DNA from: a virus
Direction: 5' to 3' (one strand)
Virus record (IMG/VR): IMGVR_UViG_3300042945_002173
DNA length: 64,000 nt
Position numbers and translations under genes: made by a program. Positions 48,637-58,888 of this stretch are shown piece after piece; position 1 is the stretch's first letter; each line of letters opens with the position of its first letter. The notes below the pieces were generated by a model. The model worked only from the letters and a program-made list of their open reading frames with translations. It had not been told where the DNA came from and searched no databases.

Positions 48637-49057
48637 TATCAATGGTCCCAATCACGAGTTGGAAAATAATCCAGAGTATATTGATATTGCAATATCAAAT
48701 GGATTTGATGTTGAGATTGATGTAAGAAATGTAGATGGCGATTTTTATCTTGGACACGACAACCCTCAATATCTAGTTTCTATATCCTGGTTGGAGGAAA
48801 GAAAGGACAATCTTTGGATACACTGTAAAGATTTAAAATCTCTTGAAATTTTTTCCAATAGTTCTGAAGATTTTAACTATTTTTGGCATCAAGAGGATGA
48901 TTTTACATTAACTAGTAAAAATTACATCTGGACTTATCCTGGAAAGCCATATACAATGAAATCAATTATTGTTATGCCAGAATTGATTGATGACTTAGAA
49001 TATAAAAATTTTAAATCATTGAATTGTTATGGTGTTTGTAGTGATTACGTTTCTTGA
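48611..49057 (+). CDS. Minimal GDPD/PLC-like phosphodiesterase (second copy)
   Basis: IAHRGN; VEIDV; LGHD; WIHCK; VCSDY. Confidence 0.8.
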   Translation: MKLIAHRGNINGPNHELENNPEYIDIAISNGFDVEIDVRNVDGDFYLGHDNPQYLVSISWLEERKDNLWIHCKDLKSLEIFSNSSEDFNYFWHQEDDFTLTSKNYIWTYPGKPYTMKSIIVMPELIDDLEYKNFKSLNCYGVCSDYVS

Positions 49058-49083
49058 ACTATAATGTATATTAAAAGGTAATT

Positions 49084-49932
49084 ATGAAAGATAAATGTTT
49101 ATTTGTTATTAATGGTGACACCTTTCGTTTGGGTGGTCAAGGATCCGTTGGTAAGGGTGGAGAAGAATCCATCAACAGACAAAAGTTGGCAACCGATTCT
49201 CATAATAATTTTTTTGAATCTATTGAAAAAAAGTTAGGAGTTAAATGTGAAATTTATTTAAACATTTATACTTGTAACGATGAATATGATCAAAAATTAT
49301 TGGAATGGTATGGTGAAAGAGTTGTAAATGTTGCTATACATCCAAAAAGATTTGAAAATGAACTTGGTTTGGTCTATGATACAACAAGATCTCTAAAAGA
49401 ATTTGGTCTTGATGATTATAGATTTGTAATGATGATTCGCCCAGATTGCTACATTAAAAAGTATTTCGCAGAAATATTTAAAGTTGATGATAATAGAGTT
49501 TTATATGCACACTTAGATGCAGGTTATAAAATGATTGATAGTGGTGGATCAATATCATTTTTAGATGCACTTGGTTCTAAACTGGATGTTCCTCACGTAT
49601 GTCATAATATTACTTATTGTCCTCATAAGCATTTTAATTTATTTTTAGACAATCAAGTTTGGCATTGGCACGATTCTTTGCTTAGATTAAGAAATCATAT
49701 ATCAAGGAATGAAATTGGTTTTTTTGTTGATACATTTCATTGGTGTTGTAGTAGTTTGGACTGGAATCCATTATACTCTTTAGTTGGGAGAGGAGAATGC
49801 CTTGAGTATAAAGTTCCAAATATGACTTATGATTTTGAAACAAATACAGTTCAATATATTGATACGATTGAAAAATACAAACATTTAATGTATACTGATA
49901 CAATAGAGGAAAATTTAAAAAACTATGAATGA
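49084..49932 (+). CDS. Hypothetical protein (RxD family), paralog of 44904
   Basis: GDTFR...GGEES; MIRPDCYIKKYF; DTFH..WNP. Confidence 0.55.
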   Translation: MKDKCLFVINGDTFRLGGQGSVGKGGEESINRQKLATDSHNNFFESIEKKLGVKCEIYLNIYTCNDEYDQKLLEWYGERVVNVAIHPKRFENELGLVYDTTRSLKEFGLDDYRFVMMIRPDCYIKKYFAEIFKVDDNRVLYAHLDAGYKMIDSGGSISFLDALGSKLDVPHVCHNITYCPHKHFNLFLDNQVWHWHDSLLRLRNHISRNEIGFFVDTFHWCCSSLDWNPLYSLVGRGECLEYKVPNMTYDFETNTVQYIDTIEKYKHLMYTDTIEENLKNYE

Positions 49933-50668
49933 AATGACATTAGCAATACCATTTTATAATACATCTCAGTATTTTAAAGAGGCAGTAGAGTTTGCATTAA
50001 ATAATGATTTTGTAAAAGAAATTGTCGTTAATGATGATGGATCCTATGAAGAAGAATGGGATAATTTAAATTCAATTGTAGGTACTTTGAATAGTAATAA
50101 AATAAAAGTATTCAGAAATGAAGTAAATCTTGGTGGATTCCGAAACAAATATAATTCTGTTCAAAACTCAACGTGTGAGTGGGTTTATCTGTTAGATAGT
50201 GATAATCATCCAGCAGAAACAACCTTAGATATTATCAAAAACATAAAAGATCCAGATCCAGACATCTGTTATATTCCACAGAAATTGCTTCTTTATAAAG
50301 ATGATGGTTATCGTAATGAAGTCTTTTATGATTTTAAATATGAGAAAATTGGCATTGATGAAGCGCAAGATGCACTTTTGAAAAAAACAAAATGGTTTGA
50401 TTGGTTTCTGAATACTGGAAACTTTGTATTCAATCGTGAAAAATATCTTGAAAGATTAAGATCTGGTTATGAAGATTTAGAGGAACCAGTTTATGCTTGT
50501 AGTATTGCTTTTTCTTATCACTGGATGAGTAAAGGTGGATATTATAAGGTGACACCAGAAATGGAGTATTACCATAGACTTCGTAATGATAGTTATTGGA
50601 ATGCTTGTGGTGGAAATTCTGATCTATCTGCAAAATATTATCATCAACGTATTATTGACTTAGTATGA
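49925..50668 (+). CDS. GT2 glycosyltransferase
   Basis: AIPFYN; VNDDGS; NLG; YLLDSD. Confidence 0.88.
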   Translation: MNEMTLAIPFYNTSQYFKEAVEFALNNDFVKEIVVNDDGSYEEEWDNLNSIVGTLNSNKIKVFRNEVNLGGFRNKYNSVQNSTCEWVYLLDSDNHPAETTLDIIKNIKDPDPDICYIPQKLLLYKDDGYRNEVFYDFKYEKIGIDEAQDALLKKTKWFDWFLNTGNFVFNREKYLERLRSGYEDLEEPVYACSIAFSYHWMSKGGYYKVTPEMEYYHRLRNDSYWNACGGNSDLSAKYYHQRIIDLV

Positions 50669-51378
50669 TTACCGTAGCAATACCTTACTATAATAGTGAA
50701 AAATATTTAGAACAGGCATTGGAATTGCCACTGAGTTCTGATTTTGTATCTGAGATTATCATTCACGATGATTGTTCTGAAAATGAAATAGAATCAACAC
50801 ATCCAAAAATTAAGATTTATAGAAATCAAACAAATCTAGGTGCATTTAAAAATAAGTATCTGGCGGTTTCAAAAGCATCTAATGATTGGGTGTATCTTCT
50901 TGATAGTGATAATTATTTTTTTGAAAATTCTTTGGAAGTTGTAAAAAATATTAAACCTCAAAGAGGTAGGTATTATTCTCCATCACAACTTCATTTAGTT
51001 GACGATGGATTGGATCAAAGTCTTAATGGTAAAATTGTAAAATATGATTTTGGTCAAGTTGACGGATCTAGGGCGAGAGATATATTAAAATCTGGTAGTG
51101 GTGAGTTTGAATGGTTGATCAATACTGGAAACTTTTTTATAAATCGTGATGACTATGTATCGTCAATGCAGTCCATAATTGATGATCAAACATATCCTTA
51201 TTTTGAAGCAGACGCAATAGTGTTTACTTACAATTGGTTAAAGAAAGGAAATATTATTGAAGTTGTAGATGATCTATGGTATAATCATAGACTACGGAGT
51301 AATAGTTATTCGCATTCTGTTGGAAATAAAAATTCAGACTCCTTAAACTATCATAAAAATTTAATTAGAGAATTATGA
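50665..51378 (+). CDS. GT2 glycosyltransferase (tandem paralog)
   Basis: AIPYYN; HDDCS; NLG; YLLDSD; NTGNF shared with previous gene. Confidence 0.88.
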   Translation: MITVAIPYYNSEKYLEQALELPLSSDFVSEIIIHDDCSENEIESTHPKIKIYRNQTNLGAFKNKYLAVSKASNDWVYLLDSDNYFFENSLEVVKNIKPQRGRYYSPSQLHLVDDGLDQSLNGKIVKYDFGQVDGSRARDILKSGSGEFEWLINTGNFFINRDDYVSSMQSIIDDQTYPYFEADAIVFTYNWLKKGNIIEVVDDLWYNHRLRSNSYSHSVGNKNSDSLNYHKNLIREL

Positions 51379-52250
51379 TTCGTATTGCCGATGTGCCTCA
51401 GGAATTTCTTCCAGAAATGCCCGTTCAATATCCTCCTCATCAAGGATATAGTCCCATGATTGAGGAGCGAGCATATTCATTCTTTAAATCAAAGCAGGAA
51501 CTAGAATCGGATTATATTTACATTCCTATTCAATGGACTTCGTGGCACATTAATCCTGGTGGTGAGTATGGACAAAATACTCAACCACTTATTGATTTTT
51601 GCAATCAACTAACTGAAAAGCATCCTAATGAAAAGTTTTTTACAGTTGTTCAATATGATGGTGGAACATTAGTCCCAATTGATAATTGTAAAATCTTTGC
51701 TTCTTCTGGTGATTTTAGTTCACCTCTTGGAAAAAATTCTTCTTATGAACCAATTCCACTTTTATGTGATCCTCATGGTGGAATTCCCAAAGAAGTAAGG
51801 CAATATAAAGTTGGATATGCTGGTAGAGATACTCATCCACTTAGAGTTAAAATGAATCAAGTTTTGTCACATTTACCTGGTTATAAGTTTGCTGTTAATC
51901 TTGATCATAATAGAACTGAGGTCTTTCGTGACATTCTATATAATTCAGTATTTGCACTCTCCCCAAGAGGATTTGGACCTGCTTCATTTAGAATGTATGA
52001 AGCAATTCAAATGCAATGCGTACCCATTTACATTAGTGATGAGTTTTGGTTGCCCTTTACGGAATATATTGAATGGGATAAAATGTGTCTATTGATTAAC
52101 AATGATGAAATTGAAACGATTCCTGAACGAGTAGATGCTCTATTGGAAAGTGGAGAATATCAAAATATGATTAATTATGGACAAGAAATGTATGAAAAAC
52201 ATTTAACCTGGGATGGTTGCCTAAACACAATTGCAAAAATAGTATGCTGA
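51375..52250 (+). CDS. Exostosin-like (GT47) glycosyltransferase
   Basis: SVFALSPRGFG..SFRMYEAI...CVPIYISD...LPF. Confidence 0.85.
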   Translation: MIRIADVPQEFLPEMPVQYPPHQGYSPMIEERAYSFFKSKQELESDYIYIPIQWTSWHINPGGEYGQNTQPLIDFCNQLTEKHPNEKFFTVVQYDGGTLVPIDNCKIFASSGDFSSPLGKNSSYEPIPLLCDPHGGIPKEVRQYKVGYAGRDTHPLRVKMNQVLSHLPGYKFAVNLDHNRTEVFRDILYNSVFALSPRGFGPASFRMYEAIQMQCVPIYISDEFWLPFTEYIEWDKMCLLINNDEIETIPERVDALLESGEYQNMINYGQEMYEKHLTWDGCLNTIAKIVC

Positions 52251-53452
52251 TTAATTTTACAAACTTGTATAAAAAATACAATATGAACATCAAAGGTATT
52301 GTTCATATTGGAGCTCACTATGGTGAGGAAATTCAAGAATATGTTGATAATGGAATTCAAAACATTACTGTTTTTGAACCATTGTCTAAAAATTTTGATG
52401 TTCTTGCTAAAAGACTTCAAAATGTAAATGCGGATATTCAAGGATATCAAACCGCTCTTGGCAGCGAGAAAGGAACTGCTAAGATGTATTTGAGTAGCAA
52501 TGAAGCACAAAGTAGTTCAATTCTAAAACCAAAAGATCATCTAGAACATCACCCTGATGTTACATTTGATGGTGATGAAGAAGTAGAAGTTGATCTTCTC
52601 GACAATTTTGATCTTCGTTCTGCTAACTTTATGAATGTTGATGTTCAGGGTTATGAACTTGAAGTTTTTAAAGGTGCAGTTGAAACTCTAAAAAACATTG
52701 ATTATGTTTATTGTGAAGTCAATCGTGGGGAAATGTATGAAGGAAATCCTCTAATTGAAGATATTGATGAGTTCTTAGGTGAGTATGGATTTGAAAGAGT
52801 TGAAACTCATTGGCCAGAAACTTGGTATAAGTGGGGGGATGCTCTTTACGTAAAAAAGTCTAAAAGGGCGGATCTTGTAGATACGTCCAAAAATGGTAAG
52901 CAACTCTATTGGAATGCAACTTATGAGTTTACCCATAAGTTTTTCAATGAGCACCCAGAACTAAAAGTTGGTGCTGAAATCGGAATTGCTGGTGGGCAAC
53001 ACATCAAACGTCTTTTGGAAAAAACAAACTTGGAAAAAGTTTATGGAGTTGATCCATTAACTTCTGAGATGTGGACTATTTCAAATATGGATTGTGTGAA
53101 TGTAGATTCTGACTATGGTGGATTTGATAATCTTTATGATCAAATTGTCGGAATGTTAGAACCATATGGTGATAGATCTGAGATTATTCGTAAGACATCT
53201 CTGGATGCAGTAGATAATTTTGAAGATGAATCATTAGATTTTGTGTTTGTTGATGCAATTCACACTTATGAAAATTGCTTAGAAGATTTGACTGCATGGG
53301 AACCAAAAGTAAAACCTGGTGGATATATTATGGGTCATGATTGGGAACACCCTTCATATCCTGGTGTGCAAAAAGCAGTAGAAGAATTTTTTGAAGATAA
53401 AGAAATAACAGGTGTGTTAAGTCCAGTTCACGTTTGGTATGTTCAAAAATGA
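52244..53452 (+). CDS. Two-domain methyltransferase (FkbM plus Methyltransf_24-like)
   Basis: HIGAHYG...DVQGYELEV; then EIGIAGG...DFVFVDAIHTYE...KPGGYIMGHD. Confidence 0.85.
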   Translation: MLINFTNLYKKYNMNIKGIVHIGAHYGEEIQEYVDNGIQNITVFEPLSKNFDVLAKRLQNVNADIQGYQTALGSEKGTAKMYLSSNEAQSSSILKPKDHLEHHPDVTFDGDEEVEVDLLDNFDLRSANFMNVDVQGYELEVFKGAVETLKNIDYVYCEVNRGEMYEGNPLIEDIDEFLGEYGFERVETHWPETWYKWGDALYVKKSKRADLVDTSKNGKQLYWNATYEFTHKFFNEHPELKVGAEIGIAGGQHIKRLLEKTNLEKVYGVDPLTSEMWTISNMDCVNVDSDYGGFDNLYDQIVGMLEPYGDRSEIIRKTSLDAVDNFEDESLDFVFVDAIHTYENCLEDLTAWEPKVKPGGYIMGHDWEHPSYPGVQKAVEEFFEDKEITGVLSPVHVWYVQK

Positions 53453-54144
53453 AAATCTGTATTTTAACTATCGCAACAAACAAGTATATTCAGTTTGTTG
53501 AAAGACTTCTTGATAATATTGAGGAGAACTTTCTAAATGGGCATGATATTGAGTGCTTACTTTTTACCGATCATGAAGTAGAAGCGTCTGATAATGTAAG
53601 AGTTTGCCAGATTGACCACGAACCTTGGCCAATGCCTACTCTGAAAAGATACAACTACTTTGTAAAAGAAAAGGAGTTTATCTCTCAGTTTGATTATTGT
53701 TTCTACTTTGATGTAGATATGGGTCTGGTGAATAAGGTTGGTGATGAGGTTCTAAGCGATCTAGTTGCTACCCAGCACCCCTACCAGTCCTTCTATCCTA
53801 AGGAACAGAGGTCGTATGATAGAAACCCACAATCGCTGGCATACGTGCCTGTGGGTGAGGAAGGTGAGCACTATTATGCTGGTGGATTTAATGGTGGATC
53901 TACAAAGAGGTTTCTTGAAATGGCAGAAGTTCTTGCTGATCGTGTAACCAAGGATCTTGAAAATGGTGTGATTGCTTTATGGCACGATGAATCTCAGATG
54001 AATCGTTACCTGATTGATAATTCACCAACTTTGAGTCTGTCTCCATCATATTGTTTTGCCGAAGAACAAATGGGCAATTCGGATTATCCTTATGAACCTA
54101 AAATTATCGCATTGAAGAAGAATCACAATGAACTTAGATCTTAG
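53449..54144 (+). CDS. GT6 glycosyltransferase (ABO/alpha-1,3-Gal(NAc) transferase family)
   Basis: IATNKY; FTD; WP..TL.RY; FDVDM; YYAGGFNGG; WHDESQMNRY. Confidence 0.9.
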   Translation: MKICILTIATNKYIQFVERLLDNIEENFLNGHDIECLLFTDHEVEASDNVRVCQIDHEPWPMPTLKRYNYFVKEKEFISQFDYCFYFDVDMGLVNKVGDEVLSDLVATQHPYQSFYPKEQRSYDRNPQSLAYVPVGEEGEHYYAGGFNGGSTKRFLEMAEVLADRVTKDLENGVIALWHDESQMNRYLIDNSPTLSLSPSYCFAEEQMGNSDYPYEPKIIALKKNHNELRS

Positions 54145-54772
54145 AGAAATTCCTGCTGTTTATATGAATCTTGAACAGCACACTGAAAAGAATGAAAATA
54201 TGCAAAAAATTCTCAAAGAATGTGGATTCAAAACAATCATCCGTATAGAAGGAGTTCCTCGTCCAGATTGTCCTGTTGCAGGATGTTCTTCTGCTCATTA
54301 TAAGGGTTTGTGTGAAATCGATCCACCTTTTATTTTGTTTGAAGATGATTGTATGATTAAGAACTTCCGTCCAGAGATTGAAATTCCTGATGATGCTGAC
54401 GCAGTTTATCTTGGAATTTCTTCTTGGGGAAGAATGAATGGGCATTCTGGACCTTATGTTCAGTATAATCATGTAAAGGATGATTTATACAGGACTTATA
54501 ATATGTTAGGTGGACATTCTATCTTGTATCTAACTGATGAATATGTTAGAATGTGTAAGAGAGTTGCATATCATGCTGGATATGTAATTGAAGGTTATCA
54601 AGACATTGGATTTGCTGAGATTCAGCGTTGGTTTAATGTTTATACTTTTGATGATCCATTTTTCTTCCAAACAAGTGGATATCATGGAACTGTCAATCCA
54701 TTGACAAGTTATCCCACCGAAGAATGTTTTAACTTTAATAAAAACTATTTTTTACCTGAGAGAGTTGTATGA
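54128..54772 (+). CDS. GT25-like glycosyltransferase
   Basis: YMNL; GCSSAH; LFEDD; VYLG. Confidence 0.7.
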   Translation: MNLDLREIPAVYMNLEQHTEKNENMQKILKECGFKTIIRIEGVPRPDCPVAGCSSAHYKGLCEIDPPFILFEDDCMIKNFRPEIEIPDDADAVYLGISSWGRMNGHSGPYVQYNHVKDDLYRTYNMLGGHSILYLTDEYVRMCKRVAYHAGYVIEGYQDIGFAEIQRWFNVYTFDDPFFFQTSGYHGTVNPLTSYPTEECFNFNKNYFLPERVV

Positions 54773-55668
54773 CTAAATCACTAGTTACTGGTGGTGCTGG
54801 ATTTATTGGTTCTAATCTTGTAGACCGCCTTCTTGAAATGGGTCATGAAGTTGTGGTGATTGATAATGAGTATTCTGATGCTCATGATCATTTCTATTGG
54901 AACGATAAAGCACAAAATTATAAGTATGATATTCGTGACTATGTAAACACACGCCCACTTTATGATGGGGTAGACTATGTGTTTCATATTGCAGCAGAAG
55001 CACGTATTCAACCAGCTATCGAAAATCCTATTGAAGCAGTAAGTATTAATTCTGTTGGAACAGTTACTGTTCTTCAATGTGCTCGTGAGGCTGGTGTAAA
55101 ACGAGTAATGTATTCTTCTACTTCTTCTGGATATGGAATGAATCAGACTCCTAATGTGGAAACTCAACCTGATGATTGTTTAAATCCTTACTCAGTTTCA
55201 AAAGTTAATGGAGAAAAACTGTGTAAGATGTACACAAATCTCTATGGACTTCAAACTGTTTGCTTCCGATATTTCAATGTATATGGAGAACGTCAACCTC
55301 TTCGTGGACAGTATGCTCCCGTAATTGGAATTTTCCTTCGTCAACGTTCTGCGGGAGAACCCTTAACAATTGTTGGTGATGGAAATCAACGCCGTGATTT
55401 TACATATGTTGGGGATGTTGTAAAAGCAAATATTATGGCGGCAATTTCTAATCCAGATCCAGAAGCATTTGGGCAGGTTTATAATGTTGGAACTGGAAAT
55501 AATTATTCTATCAACCAGATTGCTAGAATGTTTGATCATGAGACTGTAAATATTGCTCCTCGTCCAGGTGAGGCACGTATAAGTCTTGCTAATAATCAAA
55601 AACTCCGTAAGACTTTTGGTTGGGAACCCACAATGAAACTTGAAGATTGGCTTTCCGCACAACTATGA
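54769..55668 (+). CDS. NAD-dependent nucleotide-sugar epimerase (UDP-Glc/GlcNAc 4-epimerase-like)
   Basis: VTGGAGFIGS; YSVSK; RYFNVYG; GDGNQRRDFTYV. Confidence 0.92.
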   Translation: MTKSLVTGGAGFIGSNLVDRLLEMGHEVVVIDNEYSDAHDHFYWNDKAQNYKYDIRDYVNTRPLYDGVDYVFHIAAEARIQPAIENPIEAVSINSVGTVTVLQCAREAGVKRVMYSSTSSGYGMNQTPNVETQPDDCLNPYSVSKVNGEKLCKMYTNLYGLQTVCFRYFNVYGERQPLRGQYAPVIGIFLRQRSAGEPLTIVGDGNQRRDFTYVGDVVKANIMAAISNPDPEAFGQVYNVGTGNNYSINQIARMFDHETVNIAPRPGEARISLANNQKLRKTFGWEPTMKLEDWLSAQL

Positions 55669-56417
55669 TTCACATTTTCACTTCGGTTGTTAATCGTCCT
55701 GATTTTGTAACTTTGCAAAATCAACTTTTTAAAAAGTTTTTAAAGGATGACTATAAATTTCATATTGTTGATGATTCTATTGAATCAACCATAACAGAAC
55801 AATTTAAATCAATTTGTTCTGAGAATGGGTTTTCTTATTATAAAAAACCAGAAAGAACAGTATCATTAAATCCTGCACAAGCTTGTGCCGATACTGTTCA
55901 ATGGACCTATGATACTATTATTAAAGCCAATCACCAAAATGACATCGTGTTCTTTTGTGATTCTGATTTATTCTTAATTGATAATTTTAGCATAACTGAA
56001 TATATGGAAGATGCCATAATTTCAGGTTTGCCACAATATAGAGGATCTATCACTTATATGTGGAATGGTATTATGTTCTTTAATATGCCAAAGATGGAAG
56101 ATCTTGATATTGATTTTTCCGATGGTGTGGTAAATGGAGAACTTACTGATGTTGGTGGAAACACTTATTATTATTTCAAAAAGAATAATTTTTGGATGAA
56201 AGAAACCGATGTTCAATATCCAACCAATTATAATGAAATTGATTTGCAAAACGAAGAGGTAACCAAGGGATATAATTTTGAGTTACATTTGGATGGTAAG
56301 TTTCTTCATTATCGTGCTGCTACTAATTGGCATTCTAATTGGAGAGGGTCTGAAGATCCTCTTACCAATAAAACAAAAGTCTTCAATCAAATTATTGAAA
56401 GTATTCTTTCCGAATGA
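55665..56417 (+). CDS. Putative GT-A fold glycosyltransferase
   Basis: IVDDS; FCDSDLF; TDVGG; FLHYR. Confidence 0.6.
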   Translation: MIHIFTSVVNRPDFVTLQNQLFKKFLKDDYKFHIVDDSIESTITEQFKSICSENGFSYYKKPERTVSLNPAQACADTVQWTYDTIIKANHQNDIVFFCDSDLFLIDNFSITEYMEDAIISGLPQYRGSITYMWNGIMFFNMPKMEDLDIDFSDGVVNGELTDVGGNTYYYFKKNNFWMKETDVQYPTNYNEIDLQNEEVTKGYNFELHLDGKFLHYRAATNWHSNWRGSEDPLTNKTKVFNQIIESILSE

Positions 56418-57211
56418 TGGATAAAAATAAATCGGTACATAAACTCAAAGGTCTTCCCCCCATTTACTACATCAATCTGGGTGAAAAACCAGAGAGAGCA
56501 CAGTTTATGGAAGATCAGTTTAAATACTGGGAAGTTGAAAATTATACTCGTATCTCTGCCTATGATGGTCGGGGAGATAGAGATCTTGGAGATATTCTTA
56601 AAGGTCGTTATCCTGATATGATGTCTTCTGGTGAAGTTGGATGTGTAACTTCACATCTCAAAGCAATGAAGCATTGGTTGGAAACTTCTGATTCCCCTTG
56701 TGCTTTAATGATGGAGGATGATTGTGACATAAGCACTGTCACTCATTGGGGATTTTCTTGGAAAGATTTCTATGCAAAAATTCCTTATGATTATGATGTG
56801 ATACAACTTGCTATTATTAATCCTGCACAGGTTCACGTCCAGTTGCATCGTCGTTTTGTAAATGACTTTTCAACTGCTTGTTATATGATCACTCGCCATC
56901 ACGCACAGAAACTTATCAATCTTCATTGTCGTGGTGATAAGTATAAACTTGATCAGGGTGTTAAACCAAGAGCAGTTGCTGATGACTTGATTTATAACTC
57001 TGGTAATACTTTTTCTATTCCTTTGTTCTTGTATAAGATTGATCTAGGATCTGACATTCACGATATTCATATTGATGTTTTCCATCGTAGTAGTCACGAT
57101 GGATTGTGGCAGTTTTGGAGAAATCAATCTGCTGATGTGTCTGATTGGAATCCGTTCTTTGACTATGATCCATATCTTGGTAGACTTCCTCCTGGTTGGG
57201 AAGGAAAATAG
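56414..57211 (+). CDS. GT25 glycosyltransferase
   Basis: YYINL...ER; RISAYDG; GEVGCVTSH; MEDD; STACY. Confidence 0.88.
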   Translation: MMDKNKSVHKLKGLPPIYYINLGEKPERAQFMEDQFKYWEVENYTRISAYDGRGDRDLGDILKGRYPDMMSSGEVGCVTSHLKAMKHWLETSDSPCALMMEDDCDISTVTHWGFSWKDFYAKIPYDYDVIQLAIINPAQVHVQLHRRFVNDFSTACYMITRHHAQKLINLHCRGDKYKLDQGVKPRAVADDLIYNSGNTFSIPLFLYKIDLGSDIHDIHIDVFHRSSHDGLWQFWRNQSADVSDWNPFFDYDPYLGRLPPGWEGK

Positions 57212-57247
57212 TAAGCATTTATACTTATTTTGTTAGGACATCCGAAC

Positions 57248-57307
57248 AAAGAGGGGCTTGACCCCTCTTTATTTTTGCTATATAATCTTGTAACAGTTCT
57301 TTACAAT
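57248..57307 (+). promoter_or_regulatory. Terminator-embedded sigma70 promoter followed by an HLR1-like direct repeat
   Basis: AAAGAGGGG-CTTGA-CCCCTCTTT; TTGACC-N17-TATAAT; GTAACAGT-TC-TTTACAAT. Confidence 0.65.
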
Positions 57308-57313
57308 ACTACA

Positions 57314-57523
57314 ATGACTGTAACGACTAATGATCGAGGACAAATGAATATGTGGGCAATTGAACCACCTGTTTATATTTCTGATGAAGATGCAAAGAAG
57401 TATGGAATGAAGAGTTATGCTGAACGAGCCGAATCTGCTAATGGTCGCTGGGCTATGCTTGGGATCGTGGCTGGTTTTATCTCTTATGCCCTGACAGGCC
57501 ATCTGTTTTTTGGTGTAATCTGA
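57314..57523 (+). CDS. hli: High-light-inducible protein
   Basis: MNMWAIEP; AESANGRWAMLG. Confidence 0.93.
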   Translation: MTVTTNDRGQMNMWAIEPPVYISDEDAKKYGMKSYAERAESANGRWAMLGIVAGFISYALTGHLFFGVI

Positions 57524-57619
57524 GACTTGACAATGACTTCACTTTTGTTTACAATAACATCCGTTGCCTTCTTTGTTTTGTTGGCACATTCAATAAATCA
57601 ACTTTCAGAAACTTACTAA

Positions 57620-58181
<562 letters not shown>

Positions 58182-58185
<4 letters not shown>

Positions 58186-58289
58186 ACGAAAGAGCAGAAC
58201 GTATTAATGGTTGGGCAGCGATGATTGGTGTCGTTGCTGCAATGGGTTCGTATGCATTTACGGGCCAAATTATTCCTGGTATTTGGTGA
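58182..58289 (+). CDS. hli: High-light-inducible protein (35 aa)
   Basis: MNERAERINGWAAMIG...TGQIIPGIW; AGGAG RBS; not in ORF track. Confidence 0.93.
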
Positions 58290-58302
58290 AATGGAGGTTA
58301 AA

Positions 58303-58830
58303 ATGCGTAGTGAAGGTTATACTATTCCCGAAGTCCAATTTCAATTTCGTGAAAATGGAGAATTTGTAACTCGTACATCTTCGGAACTCTTCAATGGAAA
58401 GCGTGTGGTCATTTTTAGTCTGCCTGGTGCTTTCACTCCTACTTGCAGTGCCTATCAGCTTCCTGGATTCGAAGAGAAATATGACGACTTTATTGGTCTT
58501 GGCATCGACGATATTTACTGCATCTCTGTTAATGATGGGTTTGTGATGAATGCCTGGGCACAAGACCAGAATATCAAGAACGTCACTCTTATCCCTGACG
58601 GCAATGCTTACTTCACACGTTCTATGGGTATGCTCGTCAATAAGTCTAACCTTGGTTTCGGTGATCGCTCTTGGCGTTATGCTGCTGTCGTGGATAACGG
58701 AATCATCGAGAAACTATTCGTTGAAGTGGGGCAACGGGACAACGCTGACACCGACCCTTATGAGCAGACTACTCCAGAAAATGTTCTAGAATATGTTTCG
58801 GCAAATGTAAAAGTGGGTGCTACTGTTTGA
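58303..58830 (+). CDS. Peroxiredoxin (Prx5/type II)
   Basis: FSLPGAFTPTCS; SVNDGFVMNAW; RSWRYA; GGAGG RBS. Confidence 0.93.
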   Translation: MRSEGYTIPEVQFQFRENGEFVTRTSSELFNGKRVVIFSLPGAFTPTCSAYQLPGFEEKYDDFIGLGIDDIYCISVNDGFVMNAWAQDQNIKNVTLIPDGNAYFTRSMGMLVNKSNLGFGDRSWRYAAVVDNGIIEKLFVEVGQRDNADTDPYEQTTPENVLEYVSANVKVGATV

Positions 58831-58850
58831 TATAACACTTAATACTACTC

Positions 58851-58884
58851 AACTCTGTTGCTAAATAGGCAGCAGAGTTTTTTT
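58851..58884 (+). terminator. Rho-independent terminator
   Basis: AACTCTGTTGC...GCAGCAGAGTTTTTTT; TAAATA in loop. Confidence 0.8.
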
Positions 58885-58888
58885 GTAT

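Noticed and set aside
36585-57211. Island as a DNA hypermodification system
   Set aside because: No base-modifying enzymes (hydroxymethylase, TET/JBP, deazaguanine genes) here and the GT families are surface-glycan types; cannot be fully excluded without the rest of the genome
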